A stretch of 64,000 nucleotides of DNA from Leucoraja erinacea. Lineage: Eukaryota. The translations under genes and the position numbers were made by a program. Positions 24,968 to 37,430 of the stretch are shown piece after piece. The stretch's first letter is position 1; each line of letters opens with the position of its first letter. Under the pieces are notes generated by a model, which saw nothing but the letters and a program-made list of their open reading frames with translations, was not told the origin of the DNA and did not search any database. Location of the stretch: contig NC_073389.1 in assembly GCF_028641065.1 (NCBI RefSeq), positions 34,348,001 through 34,412,000 of the forward strand. Direction: 5' to 3'.

Positions 24968-25608
24968 TGGTCCTCATGTTGATAAAGTGACTGATAAAGG
25001 TTTCCCCCGATTCTCCCCCCACCCCCGCACTCCCCACATAAAACATACCAAGAGACATTAATAAGAAACATTCAAGACATACTTAAAATGATAAAAACAG
25101 AGAAGGGACAAGACAGAAAGTGAAACTCATACTCTAAGGTTATACTACAGCCGAGGTCTTATTAATCACATTCAGCACCAATCAGCTTTAATTTTGTTCT
25201 TTTACTTGTTAACAGCATTTTGTTTCTCAATAACATTTTTAAATCTCCAAGGTAACTGGAAATAAACGTATATTTCAGCAGACTGCAGATTTCATGGGTC
25301 CAACTTGAAGTGTCATCGGGAAACAATGTTTTGTCAATATGCTTGAAATACTTTTCCTTAGATAATCCTATTTATCATTTAAGAGGCAATACACATCCAC
25401 CGTTCTTCACAATTTCTCTAGTTATAGTTTTTAAGTCAAATAGGCTAATGTCGTGTAGAGATGCTCAAGGGACCTCCAAAGTCAAAAAGGAGAATTTCCC
25501 ATTTTCAAGCCAGCTGACAGGTCTCTGGAGAAATTTGCAATTAACTTTGCAAGTCCTTTGTTGAAACTGTCAATTCCACTGAAAAAGAAATACCTGAAGG
25601 TGTCTTAC

Positions 25609-25824
25609 CGTATTCAGAATCCCAATTTGAAAGCCAGTAAACTCCTTCATGTTTAAATCCATAAGTCTGTATGGAGGCTCTCCTGTGATGCCCATCAAGA
25701 TTTGCCTTAAGTCTTTGCGCTGTGTTAACGAGAGGGCATTGCTTCTATTCCTTACTTTAATGCCAGATTCTTGAAGCGGTTTCTTACCCACTGAACTTAT
25801 GATTCGGTCGGATTCCAGTTTAGC
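25609..25824 (-). CDS. INTS6: INTS6 ex12 (216 nt), AKLESDRIISSVGKK...KEFTGFQIGILNT
   Basis: ttcag/gtaaga splice sites; phase 0-0. Confidence 0.93.
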
Positions 25825-26204
25825 CTGAAAATTACAAATGAGTGTTTTACAAAGGAAATAAGTTAAAATTCAAGATAAAGTCAGTAGTCAGTCAAAAATA
25901 ACCGTAGATTGGTCCCAAACAATAGGAGGTTTGTGGCGGGACAATGGAATTCATATTTCAGGAGGCACCCCCAAAATACTAAAGTACTTAAAAATTCACC
26001 CAAAACTAGGCTGTGTTAATCCTGCCTTCGCAAATGCTTCTTCGGCTAGGAGTGGCCTCAACAAGCATGAAGGCACCAAATAATGTTGTTACTATACCAG
26101 ATTGACTGGAAGAACAAACATTCCAATATCAGTGGCCTCTCCCAGTCCATTACCAGAGCCTCTATCCAAGTTCCTTTGGGCAGCCACATAAGAATCCTGA
26201 ATTA

Positions 26205-26465
26205 ATTTTGTTTAGAGATACAGCATGGAAACAGGCTCGTCGAGTCAGCACCAACCAACAATACGCTAGTTCTATTCTACACTCTAGGGACAAATTACAG
26301 AAGCCAATTAATCTGTATGTGAAATGTGAGAGAAAACCAGCACACCCAGGAAAATCCAAAGCAGTCGCAGGGAGAATGTACAAAGTCCGTAAAGACAGCA
26401 CCCGCGGTCAGGATCAAACGCGGGTCTAAGGCAACAGCTCTACCGCCGCGCCACTGTGTTGCCCA
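26205..26465 (-). mobile_element. HE1/V-type SINE (internally deleted)
   Basis: Similarity to the 20852 copy. Confidence 0.75.
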
Positions 26466-26559
26466 ATTTAACATACTATTCCACCATTTGATTCATGGGA
26501 AGAGATTGCCAGGCAGATAAAGGAAAACATTCAATCATGTGCTCAAGTATAAAAATGCA

Positions 26560-26850
26560 ACAACCACAATGGTTCGTGGGAATTCTAAACTCACAATCAA
26601 TCAAGGAAAATCAACAAATTAGGACTGCATTCCACGCACTGGAAATGCACAAAAGTTGCTCTGCTTAAAAAGGCATAATGTGCACATCCCCCCCAAACAA
26701 CACATCCATCATGTCAGGCATCTTCCACCCCATCTGCAGAAGAGTCTGCAGTTTCCACCTTGGCCTCACCAGCCACCTCAGAAACCAAAACCAGAGTGGA
26801 AGAAAAATTATCTTTAATCTTGCGGGATTGCTTAAGAAAAATTCTGTACT
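26560..26850 (+). mobile_element. RTE-clade LINE 3' fragment
   Basis: HPICRRVCSFHLGLTSHLR resembles the RTE/BovB C-terminal zinc motif. Confidence 0.55.
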
Positions 26851-27115
26851 AGAAACTGAGCTGGAAGTCAAACGCCCCTTAAAAATTGGTTTTGCTGCAC
26901 GTAAAGTGGGTGTAATACCTTTGTCACTTCCTCACCGACACACAATTCACACATGGCTTTCACCTTGGGACAACTTGGCTGCAAATCTTGCTATAAAACA
27001 TGACTATACAATAAATATTTAAGAGCTTCTGGAATTAATTCAGTTATTCCTTAGTAGGAAGGCTGTGGGAAGGCTGCTAGAAAGTAATGGTTAGATAAAT
27101 TGAAAAAAATCTTAC

Positions 27116-27226
27116 CTGTTGACTAAGTTTTTTGAGGTAAGAAATTACACTGTAGCTAAGACCATAATCCACTCCTTCTGCAATCAAGTTGGGAGCTCCC
27201 ATCATCCTCAATGCTTTTTTCAAAGG
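27116..27226 (-). CDS. INTS6: INTS6 ex11 (111 nt), PLKKALRMMGAPNLIAEGVDYGLSYSVISYLKKLSQQ
   Basis: ccag/gtaaga splice sites. Conserved motif. Confidence 0.95.
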
Positions 27227-27404
27227 CTGGTGAAATTCAACAAAATATTTACTGCATCAAACGTCCTTCACTCTCACAGAATCATCAGAATGCAAAGTCT
27301 AGTGATAAATCTCACGCTCGCCAACATTATACACCACCTTAGCAAAGTATAATTCTTCAGGTTTAAGCACTGTGCTTGAGGGGGAAGGACACTAAAATTA
27401 GAGA

Positions 27405-27600
27405 TAAGAGACTGCATTTGCTGAAATCTGGAACTAAAAATCTAACAGCTCAAAGAACTCAGCAGTTAAACAGCATTTGTGGAGGCAAAGGGATGTTTCA
27501 CATCAGGTCAGATGCAGGGTCTCAACTTGAAACATCGGCTATCTCTGCGCCTCCACAAATGCTTCTTGATGTGATGATTTCTTCCAGCAGTATATTTTGT
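27405..27600. mobile_element. Old Penelope-type inverted-arm element
   Basis: 14-bp inverted repeat gcatttgtggaggc / gcctccacaaatgc around a degenerate cagatgcagggtctcaacttgaaacatc core. Confidence 0.55.
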
Positions 27601-27741
27601 TACTCTTGCCACTGTAATTACGATTAATATTCGCAAAAATTAAAATCAGCTCATAATTCTGTTCCTGGAACATTCAAAAACTGCAAAATCAGAATGTTTG
27701 ATAATGTCTAATGTCACCAATCAAACTGCATTTTAAGTATT

Positions 27742-27862
27742 TAAGAAGGAACTGCAGATGCTGGAGAATCGAAGGTACACAAAAAAGCTGGAGAAACTCA
27801 GCGGGTGCAGCAGCATCTATGGAGCGAAGGAAATAGGCAACGTTTCGGGCCGAAACGTTGCC
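27742..27862. mobile_element. Young Penelope-type arm ending in a palindrome, flanked by 15-bp direct repeats
   Basis: tgcattttaagtatt at 27727-27741 and 27867-27881; terminal ggcaacgtttcgg-g-ccgaaacgttgcc. Confidence 0.7.
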
Positions 27863-28034
27863 AATTTGCATTTTAAGTATTACTTTTACACAACATATGC
27901 AATTGTTTGATCAATGTAATTTCCAAGCACTGTCTTTTGAAGAGGCGAAGGCAGCCAGATACTTCCTTTACACCACTGCAAAGAAGCACACAAAACTCTC
28001 GTAGGCCACATGATAAACCTCAATGCCAACATTG

Positions 28035-29001
28035 CAGTGTTGGCAACTCTCACATATTGAGCGCGAGTCTCAAGCATTTCACGCAATTCTCATGCTGATC
28101 ACAGAATTTCTCACGCTAAAAAAAGTTGATATAAATAAATAGATACAGGGAGTCACAAACAATTCTTCCAGATCTAGACAAGGCTTCCAGATCTCCGCCA
28201 CACTCACCAATGAGAATAGTTTTCTGTCGGCGGGTTTCCCATAAAGAACGAGCAATTTGATTGGCTTAAACCCACCGCACACTATTTATATGCATAACCA
28301 TCTACCGACAACAATTGATCCGAAGTAAAGCAGCTGTCATAGAGCTCCCAAACGCCATATCCCATTGGCTGCAGATGTATACGCTCGTTATGCCCATGCC
28401 CGCGCGACATGGAAATGTGTAACGTCGCCAGATCGAATCCGGGTACGTTATACGTGCAGACGATCTCAGCTCATCATTGCACTTTGGTGAATTTAGAAGT
28501 TCCGCGGTTTCACTGACAGTGACTTTGCACGGTACGTATTTTGTTTATGATTACTTTGTTTATTTATCTATGAAGTGAACATGTATTAACTTTATTTTCT
28601 GGAATTTAGTTTTAAATGGGCAGAAATAAACTAAAGAAGTATCAAGTTAGACTGCCAACTTCTAAGCTTAAGTTAAACGCAATAAGCCACGCACCACCGC
28701 CCCGACGCTACAGTGCAGTGCAATTAGTGCCATGACATCACTAGGACGTGACGTCTCTGGTTGTTGCCGACAGGGTCGTAGCTTGTTGTATCTTGTCACG
28801 GGTGGACGTAAGTTGATCGGTTGTCGTAGGTTGTCGCCTGTGTGGTCGTAGGTGGATGTTCCAATTCGGGAGGAATTATGTCGCCGGTCAACATTGCTTG
28901 TCGTAGCTTGACGTCGACTAGGTGGTAGCTTGTCGTAGACATTGTCGTTGGATGGGTCCAGATTTCTCACTCTCAACTCTCACGCAATGTTGGCAGTTCT
29001 G
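28035..29001. mobile_element. Non-autonomous hAT-like DNA element, CpG-rich
   Basis: Imperfect TIRs cagtgttggcaac / gttggcagttctg, ctcacgc-type subterminal repeats, acattg on both flanks. Confidence 0.55.
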
Positions 29002-29184
29002 ACATTGTGAAGGAATGCAAACCCAAGGAGATCTGTTGTAAAGATGCCTGGGACTTGCAATCAATACCCAAGACACTGAATATTAGCATTCCTCACACCT
29101 ATAGGTGGTTGCCAGAACAAGCAGAAATTCTTCTGATGCACCAAGAAAATTAGGACTAGCAAGACATGTTGTGAATTGATTAAT

Positions 29185-29468
29185 CGATTGATTGAAAAAT
29201 ACAGCATGGAAACGGACTCTACAGCGCCTATCGATCACCCATTCACATTTGTTTTACGTTATCCCACTTTTTCACCACGCCTCACACATTAGGGGTAATT
29301 TGAGAGGCCAATAGACTACAAACTCGCATGTCTTTGGGATGTGGAAGGAAACCAGAGCACCCTGAGAAGATCCACACAGTCAAGCAAGAATGTGAAAACT
29401 TCATTTTGAGTAACCCAGATCTCTAGTGGTGAGGCAACACCCCTACCACCTGCACTACTATGCCACTT
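29185..29468 (-). mobile_element. Diverged HE1/V-type SINE
   Basis: tctttgggatgtggaaggaaaccagagcacc core. Confidence 0.65.
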
Positions 29469-29497
29469 TAATATACCAGTCCATGCTTTACTGTGAA

Positions 29498-29870
29498 AAT
29501 AATAATAATAATAATATTTATTTATATAGCACTTTTAAACAAAATCACTTTGAACCAAAGTGCTTTACAGAGATTGATCAAATTAATTGAATAGATTCAA
29601 TGTCACAAATTCATACAAAATAAAAAAAGAAAAAGAAAAAAGGAAAAAGACACAGAACAGTACACTATAGAAATCAACAAGAAACGTCCCCCCACAGCAG
29701 AATACACTGTGAGGGAAGGCACTGAAAATATCCAGTTCTCCTCCTCATAGTCCACCCGATGATGTAAGATGAATCGCAGAAAGGGGACAGAAAGAGGCCG
29801 AATGGACAAAGCGACGGATGACAGGAAGAAACGGCAGCTGGTGAGAGGGGAGGGAAGCCCACTGTGACCA
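29498..29870 (-). mobile_element. L2-tailed retroelement 3' end
   Basis: On -: gtaaagcactttgg...aagtgctatataaataaa followed by an (att)n tail. Confidence 0.6.
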
Positions 29871-29874
29871 AGTG

Positions 29875-30133
29875 CGTCCAGTTGCTGGCAGCAGCCTAAA
29901 AAAAGCACCAACCCCTGGGGCTACAACATCAGCCGCAACAACAGCCACGTCAACAGGATCGTGCAGTGGGTGAAGAAAGGCTCACTGGTTCACCGTGCGT
30001 GCTGAGGGTCACATTGGAAGCCGGGGCTGTAAGCAGCCAGGGGGGCTGTGTGAACCGGGGGGTGACATGGGCAGGTCCGTCCGCTATAACTAAAATCCAT
30101 TATAAAGGAGTCCGTTAAAACGAGGGTTTACTG
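29875..30133. mobile_element. Partial Tigger/pogo-like MITE (right end), related to 47969-48676
   Basis: Ends cgagggtttactg|ta; homologous to 48440-48676. Confidence 0.65.
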
Positions 30134-32397
30134 TACTTGACTCTCACCAAACTGATAAAGTATTTGTGCACTTCTTCTTACACCATCATCCACAACACAC
30201 TAATCAATGTGATCTTAGTTATCCAATTTTATGCCACTATTGCTAGGAACATAAAAAGCAGGAAACATGGCTCTGTATCTGGGCCTGCCCTCATCCTATG
30301 ACGAAGCTGAAACCAAGGATGGTTCAGAAAAGCCGACAACACAAGTTGTGGATCAAAGGATTTTACCTGCATTTGCCAACTGACATAAGCTTTAAAATAA
30401 CCTGGCGGAGGCTACCAAATAAAATATGTAGAAGCGCACACTGTCTCTAAAGAAAAGCACAGAATTATACATTCGCAAAATTTTGGGAATATAATGTTCA
30501 AAAATTATTTTTCTATTTTAATTTCGAATCAGTGGGAAGTCAGATTTTGTTTCCAAAATCATAACAATTCCTGAATTTATAACAGGATTGCCTTGATGAT
30601 GATTTGTTCAGTTTTGTCTAGTGTGAGCAACCTGTCCTCAGAATATGACATGTTACCACATATGAATAAGTTGTTCTTTTTAATAAACCAATGGCTATCT
30701 TTATACTTAGCATAAGGGCATCCCCATCATTTTACCTCTAACCCTGCTTGTGCATCTCACTCTTGTCTCCCCTCCCCTCTGAATTATTTCCATTCTGAGG
30801 TTCTGATTTACACCAATTTGATACAAAGAAAATTGATATTTAAGCTTCATAATTCATTTATTAAAATTTCACTTTAAATCAATTACGTTGATGGGCATTT
30901 TTTGCAACTTAATATAGTAGCAGTTCACACAAAGTTCAAGTACAAACTACATTCAACAAGAATAGGTGTCATAATTTGCAAGAAATGCATTTGATGGAAT
31001 TGGACTTAAGGAATGTTTCTACAATTTAACATGCAGATCAGATTTACTCTCCATATCTTCACGTGTTATATTCAGACAAAGGCTACACCAATTTTCAAAG
31101 GCTAGACAATTTAAAATTAAAATGCCAATTCCCACATTGGATTGCAATGAATGATTCAGTGACCACATTTAATTTGACCCTCCTAGTCCAATAATAGCAA
31201 TGTGTGCTTTAATCTTGGCAAATAAATTAATCTTCTGAACAAAATTAAGTGTTTTATATTAGGCAGTGTGTCTGTACGATGCATATTTAAAGTAAAACGG
31301 TCATAAGTGATATTTAGAGGAATGTTGACACCTAAACCAGGTTATTTGATCTGGGTGACTCATAGCGATCCTCATCTAATTGAGTAAAGTAAATGGATTG
31401 AGAACATGCAACAGAAAATGCTGCAGGCAGAGGTCAGAGTGTATCGATTGGGAAAAGGGCACACCAATAAACATACTGGGTTTAAACCACTGATTAGACA
31501 TCTGTCAGATAAATGTCGCATTAGTACCTGAACAAAAGGGAAGGGGGGGGGCGGGGGGGGGGGGGGGGGGAGATGATAGGTGCACACGGCTAATTATTTT
31601 TGATTTACATACAAAACGAACTGAGAAGTAGCAGCATTTTTTGGTATTCCATGTTTCCCAGGCGTCGAAATTATTTTGTCTTCAACATTAAAAATATTAG
31701 ATGCTAATTTAGCAATGCCACTTATGCAAGGCATAAATTGCACTTTACTGCAACCAGTTTTGTGGAAAATTACTAAAAGGCTAAATGCAAAATTATTGTC
31801 GTTAATTGTGAGCAATGTTACATAAATTGCAATGCACAATTCACACATGACATTTAACTAGATTGTTCTAATCAGCACATAGAAAAAGATGCATTTCATG
31901 AAGCATATGATCCTTTATTATTCAAAGAAATATGATCAGTACTTTTAATACCCCTGTCCAAAACCTCCGAAGTGCCAGGTCATCCTTGTTTTCAGAAGGC
32001 AACACGCAATACGATACCTGACTGATTGTAACACAACCCTATTCAATGGTAACAGACCAAGCAAATAAAGTTTTATTACTTAAAAATACTTGATAAACTA
32101 GAAATATGCTACAATATGAAAATAGCTTGAACACTGTTGACAAATCAGCAGTAAAACAAAACTCAAACCAAATAATGCTAAAGCCCAACACAATTTGGCA
32201 GATGGGCAGAGATCGCATATTCTAACACACAGAGGCAACTTGATCTGGAATCTAAAGTACATTTAATTTCTATAATTTTCTCACTGTTCATGGAAGTTTT
32301 ATTTGAAAACTTGAGTGAGATTCTTAAATTTGAACAAGCAGCCTGATGGATATCTTCAAAACTGGAAAATGTACGCAAATGTTTAGTTTGATTCAAC

Positions 32398-32694
32398 AAT
32401 GCAGCGCGGAAACAGGCCCTTCAGTCCACCAAGTCCGAACCGACCAGCGATCCCTGCACTCTAATGCTACCTTACACACACACGAGGGACAATTTACAAT
32501 TATACCAAGCCAATTAACCTACAAACATGTATGTCTTTGGAGTGTGGGAGGAAACCTAAGATCTCGGTGAAAACCCACGTGGTCATAGGGATAACATACA
32601 AACTCCGTACATATAGCACCCGTAGTCAGGATCAAACCTGGGTCTACTGGTGCTACAAGGCAGCAACTCTACCGCTGCGCCGCCATGCCGCCCT
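32398..32694 (-). mobile_element. HE1/V-type SINE
   Basis: Head to tail similarity with the 20852 copy. Confidence 0.85.
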
Positions 32695-32894
32695 AAATGT
32701 TGCACCAATAACTCAAAAATATTATCCATTATATTTCTTCACAACAGCAGTGGGTTAGAGATGAATTGTATGGTTTGGCTCCTTTTTAAAAAAAACTCAA
32801 CTAATCATTTAACAATTATACAGTAGACCATGCTTTACAACTTAAATTTTAACCTAATGATAAAGTGTCAGAACTAAAGATATCACAAACCGTT

Positions 32895-33578
32895 AGACAA
32901 GACAAGAGAGTTTATTGTCACGTGTCCCAGAAAGGACAATGAAATTCTTACATTGCTGCAGCACAACAGGATATTGTAGTCATAAATACAGATCAGATCA
33001 GATGTGTCCATGTACCATAGAATATATATATACACACATCAGTAAACAGATAAAGTGCAATAGGTTGTTCATAGTTTGTTTGAAGTTGTGTTTAATTCAT
33101 TTTCAGTCCGATGGCTGTGGGGAAGAAGCTGTTCCTGAATCTAGATGTTGCAGATTTCAGGCTCCTGTACCTTCTACCCGAAGGCAGCGGAGAGATGAGC
33201 GTGTGGCCAGGATGGTGTGGTTCCTTGATGATGCTGGCAGCCTTTTTGAGGCAGCGACTGCGATAGATCCCCTCAATGGTAGAGAGGTCAGAACCGATGA
33301 TGGACTAGGCAGTGGTTACGACTTTTTGCAGCCTTTTCTGCTCCTGGACGCTCAGGTTGCCATACCAAGCCACGATGCAACTGGTCAGCATGCTCTCTAC
33401 TGTGCACCTGTAGAAATTCGAGAGAGTCCTCCTTGACATACCAACTCTCCGTAATCTTCTCAAGAAGCAGAGGTGCTGATGTGCTTTCTTTATGATTGCA
33501 TCAGTGTTCTGGGACCAGGAGAGATCTTCGGAAGTATGCACGCCCAGGAATTTGAAGTTCTTGACCCTTTCCACCATA
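32895..33578 (-). mobile_element. Rex1-type LINE 3' end
   Basis: ORF 33305..33577 with FKFLGVH.SEDLSW..LRRLRR; (cttgt)n tail. Confidence 0.85.
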
Positions 33579-33810
33579 AAACTCAGACTATTACTCTGTG
33601 CATCGACATTTATTGACCCAATAATTTAAATATATCCTTTATTTTCTAACCCACACCATAGACATAGCTTAATTGAGAAATAATACATCTTTAAAACTTA
33701 CAAACATCTTAACCATTAAGTGCAGCCAAAATCTTCTCACCATGCAATAATCTACACATATAACTATACACCAGATTTACGAATAAAGCTGAATATTAAA
33801 TTCTACATAC

Positions 33811-33905
33811 CCCGATATAATAAGGAGGCATTGTCTTCAAGTAATTTTCAAACGCCTGTCGCCATTTCATAACTGGCTTCAGCTTATGCACTTTAAACAA
33901 ATCAT
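33811..33905 (-). CDS. INTS6: INTS6 ex10 (95 nt), DDLFKVHKLKPVMKWRQAFENYLKTMPPYYIG
   Basis: tgcag/gtatgt splice sites. Conserved motif. Confidence 0.95.
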
Positions 33906-35944
33906 CTGCAAAACAGAAAAAATAATTCATTACTAGTTAAGTGAATTAAGAAATTCCCTTTTGTACACCAGCTGACCTGGTTTTTAAAAGAAAACATTCA
34001 AAGGTTATTTTCTGATGCAGGAGAAATATGCAGAGTGCGATTTTCCCCAGGCCTTAGTTTACATATAGTGTAAAGATCTTGTGCCTCTGCTATTAAAAAA
34101 TCTGACCTGCTTCATGCTGGAGGTGGATATGGAGAAGAGGGATTAAAATCAAAAATGCTTTAACCTATCAAATAAGAAGTTTGAACTCTCCTGCACCTCC
34201 AAGTTACAATGGTAGGTTGGCAGTGAATTCAAAATACTTCAGTATTTAATCAATTTACTTCAATGACTATAATGATACATCCTAAATGCACATGTCACAG
34301 ATGCACATTCCATTAAAAATTTTAAAAATGGAATGTTTGGAGACTAGAAACTAATATCCCTGCAACTCTAGGTTCAGAAATAAAGCAGTGTTGAATTAAT
34401 GTTTCTTCTCTCAAACTGAAGGCTGCCAATGCCTCTATCATGTTCCTGCTGTATGTCATTTCACATTACAATTTTATTCAATTCGCTTATGCATTGCTGT
34501 TAAATTAGGTTCCTGGCAACTTGCACCAATTGCTCATGTTCTGCACATAAAGCAGAATTTAGTTTTTCTCAACACAGCAGAATTTTGCTTTCATGAAGTA
34601 AACACAAACATAATAAAAATGGTTTTAAAGGTTGGTGTCAGAATTGTGAGCACTGTTCCAAAGTTATAGAAGTTATTTCATTATACCAGATTAGACGGAA
34701 ATGTATTTTGTACTTGGCCACTCTATAACTGACGTGGGGATGCCTGAAATTCTCAAAGTCCATGTTATTCTGCACCTAAATATTTCCTATAATACACTAA
34801 AGGTTATCAAAAAATACAATGTTATAAAAATATATAAATTAAATATTTTTGTACATCAGAGCAATTTGCAGCATTGCCAAGATTCAAAATTTTAATCTAA
34901 AATTATTTAAGGTAGCAATAACCAGGGAGGTTTAGATTGCAATTCACTATTTTTGCCAAGTCATTAATTTGTGAATAAGTATATAGTCAGATAAGATCTT
35001 ATTTAAACCAAGGTATTAAGCACCGAGCATTTCCATATTTAATCTGTACTTGAAATTTGCTGACAATATCAATGGAGTTACAACAGCAATATGAAACAAG
35101 TTGAAGCAATTTCTATGCTTCTCGAATTTTAAATGAGTAGGAATCAGTCAAAAACCATGTATAAAGACCACAGTAATTCAGTCCCACCTGTGTTATACAA
35201 AACAGAATTAGATACACCACTCGCATTTTTATAATACTCGTTTCTGGACTAGGTAGACAGAATGGAATATGGAAACCTGCCATTCCAGTCCGGAGTTGTG
35301 TTGGCTTGAAAATCAGCAGCATCCAATCCAACCAATTCATACCTGGTAATGCCAATCTAATTTGGCAGACCTTGGAAGTAGTAATGATGCTGTATGGATT
35401 TATTTTTCAATTACAAGCAATCCTCACATTATTTGGCAGGGGGAGGAAGGGTATTATTTTCCAAGAATAAGCAAGTATTGTAATTTTCGGTAATGTGAAG
35501 CCACATAATGCGTCAAGGAATGTGAGTTTAAAGAAAATAACATGTTTATTTTCTTCCCCAAACCTCGCACAAATTCTGTGAGAGTGAGTTTTATTCCATG
35601 TCCCAAATTTTTTTTGGAGGCAATTAGTGAATTATGCGAGGACATATATTGTTATCCGTAATGCAGGGATCACCTGTAATAAGGTCATTTTACCCTAAAA
35701 AGCACAAATCACAACACCTCCAACTCTCCTAAATGTATCTGCAATCTGATAAGGCCAACCAACTAAAATACCATTCCTTACCCAAAATCAAGTCACTATC
35801 ATAACAAAGTTGGGTGCAGGGAGATGTGTCGTCATCATGAGTTAAGTACTATTACAAATACCTTTATACAGGGAAAGAGAAAGCTAATTATACTAATACA
35901 TTGTCTAGGGCTCAGGATGCATTCTCAGAAACAAGAGTATGAAC

Positions 35945-36267
35945 AGTGGCGCAGCGGTAGAGTTGTTGCATTACAGCAAATGCAGCGCCAGTGTTTTTGC
36001 AGCGCCGAGCTCGATCCTGACTATGGGTGCTGTCTGTACGGAGTTTGTACGTACTCCCAGTGATCAGCGTGGGTTTTCCCTGAGATCTTCGTTTCCTCCC
36101 ACACTCAAAAAAATGGACAGGTTTGTATTTTAATTGGCTTGGTAAATATAAAAATTGTCCCTAGTGGGTGTAGGATAGTGTTAACGTGCGGGGATCGCTG
36201 GTTGGCACGGATAGGTGGGCCAAAGGGCCTGCTTCTGCGCTATATCTCTAAACTAAACTAAACCAAA
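35945..36267 (+). mobile_element. HE1/V-type SINE
   Basis: A box tggcgcagcgg, ctcgatcctgac B-box region, (ctaaa)n tail. Confidence 0.85.
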
Positions 36268-37179
36268 CATTAGAAGCAGACAGAGCAGCATTAGAAAGAA
36301 AAATGTTACAAACAACAATGGTGTTCTCGGAGCCTGGCATGAACTTGTCCTACCCTCTGCTGTGTTGGGAACCATTGCCCTTGATGTGTGCTGCTGTGCA
36401 CATCCTTACCTTCTCCACTGTTGTGCCAGACACCTGGCAGACTTTCAGCAACTAATTGCCCACAGCTTAATATGGAGAAACTACCCGTGAGGTCCGCAAT
36501 TGAGCAGGCCAAGTCAAATGGTGCGGCTGTTCAGCATTGCACATTAACCACCATAGTGTGCGTAGGGCTATTGTGGGGTTTACAGAAGCTGCTCCATGTG
36601 TTGACAAACGCTCAGGTCCTGTAGTCTCTCCCATTGCTTTCTGCAAATGTAATGGAAATTGCCATTGCCCCTTATGTTTGGCTGCACAATTCTCCCAAGC
36701 CCTGTGATTTCCGAATGGTAAAAAAATATTTCAATAGCAAGCATTGTTACGGCTGTTACCATTCATAATTGCTGGGCTGGGGACAGCCAGGATTTCTGCA
36801 TCCGAGTGAAATGGGAGACAGCAATGTTCATCAGGTCCAAAACTGATAGCCAGATCAGATAGGATTCAGGCAGTCTATCAACACATGGAGTACATGCACC
36901 GTCCTCACCAACAGTCCTCATTCACCATGCTAGCCAGGGTGCAATCCCAAGGGTCACATCTAAGCTCTGCATCACTCACTTCAGACTGTTCGACTGTCTC
37001 TAAGGCAGCCTCCCCACGCTAAGCCGTGGATAATTGATAGCTGTAGGTGTGCCAGCAGATGGCAGGGATTTATCTCAGCATCCGAGCACAACAGCTCACA
37101 CCCCGAATAGATATATATTTTACAAGTGGAGGGGAATGTGTCTCAGTATTTGGAATGAAGGACCAAGAGCATTATAACA

Positions 37180-37430
37180 AAATCAATGCTCTGTGGGATA
37201 CCAATGTATCAGTATTAAGGAAAGTGACAGAGTTTGAGCTTTCATCATTTGTAAAAAATTGATTCCATTGTCTGTCAATTTGCCCATTAAACGCTGCTCT
37301 TCAACAGAGTGCAGAGAAGAAGGAAGGGCGACGAGTTGGAAAACTTTCAATTTGTTTGTGAAGCCAAACTTGAAACTTATGTCCTGCTTGGTAAAATGCC
37401 GAAGACTGAGAAAAGGTTCACACATAGCAA
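37180..37430 (-). mobile_element. Degraded RTE-like LINE fragment
   Basis: FLSLRHF..QDI.....NKLKVFQLVALPSSL resembles the RTE TKLKVYRAVVLPTLLY motif. Confidence 0.4.

Larger units (their letters stand above)
21736..24990 (-). mobile_element. Tc1-family (DD34E-type) transposon remnant split by nested LINEs
   Basis: TA|CAGTGCCCTCCATAATG TIR. ORFs with GRPRKTS, GGGVMAWACM and QDNDPKHT. Resumes at 24968 (tggtcctcatg), as in the copy at 51832. Confidence 0.9.

Noticed and set aside
31613-31680. Additional exon ending at TTT|gtatgt
   Set aside because: Weak acceptor and poor exonic donor context; not supportable from sequence alone.
36290-37170. Possible coding segment (ORFs 36306..36512, 36388..36624)
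   Set aside because: No splice-consistent exon or recognisable motif. Probably a decayed LINE, but the family could not be assigned.
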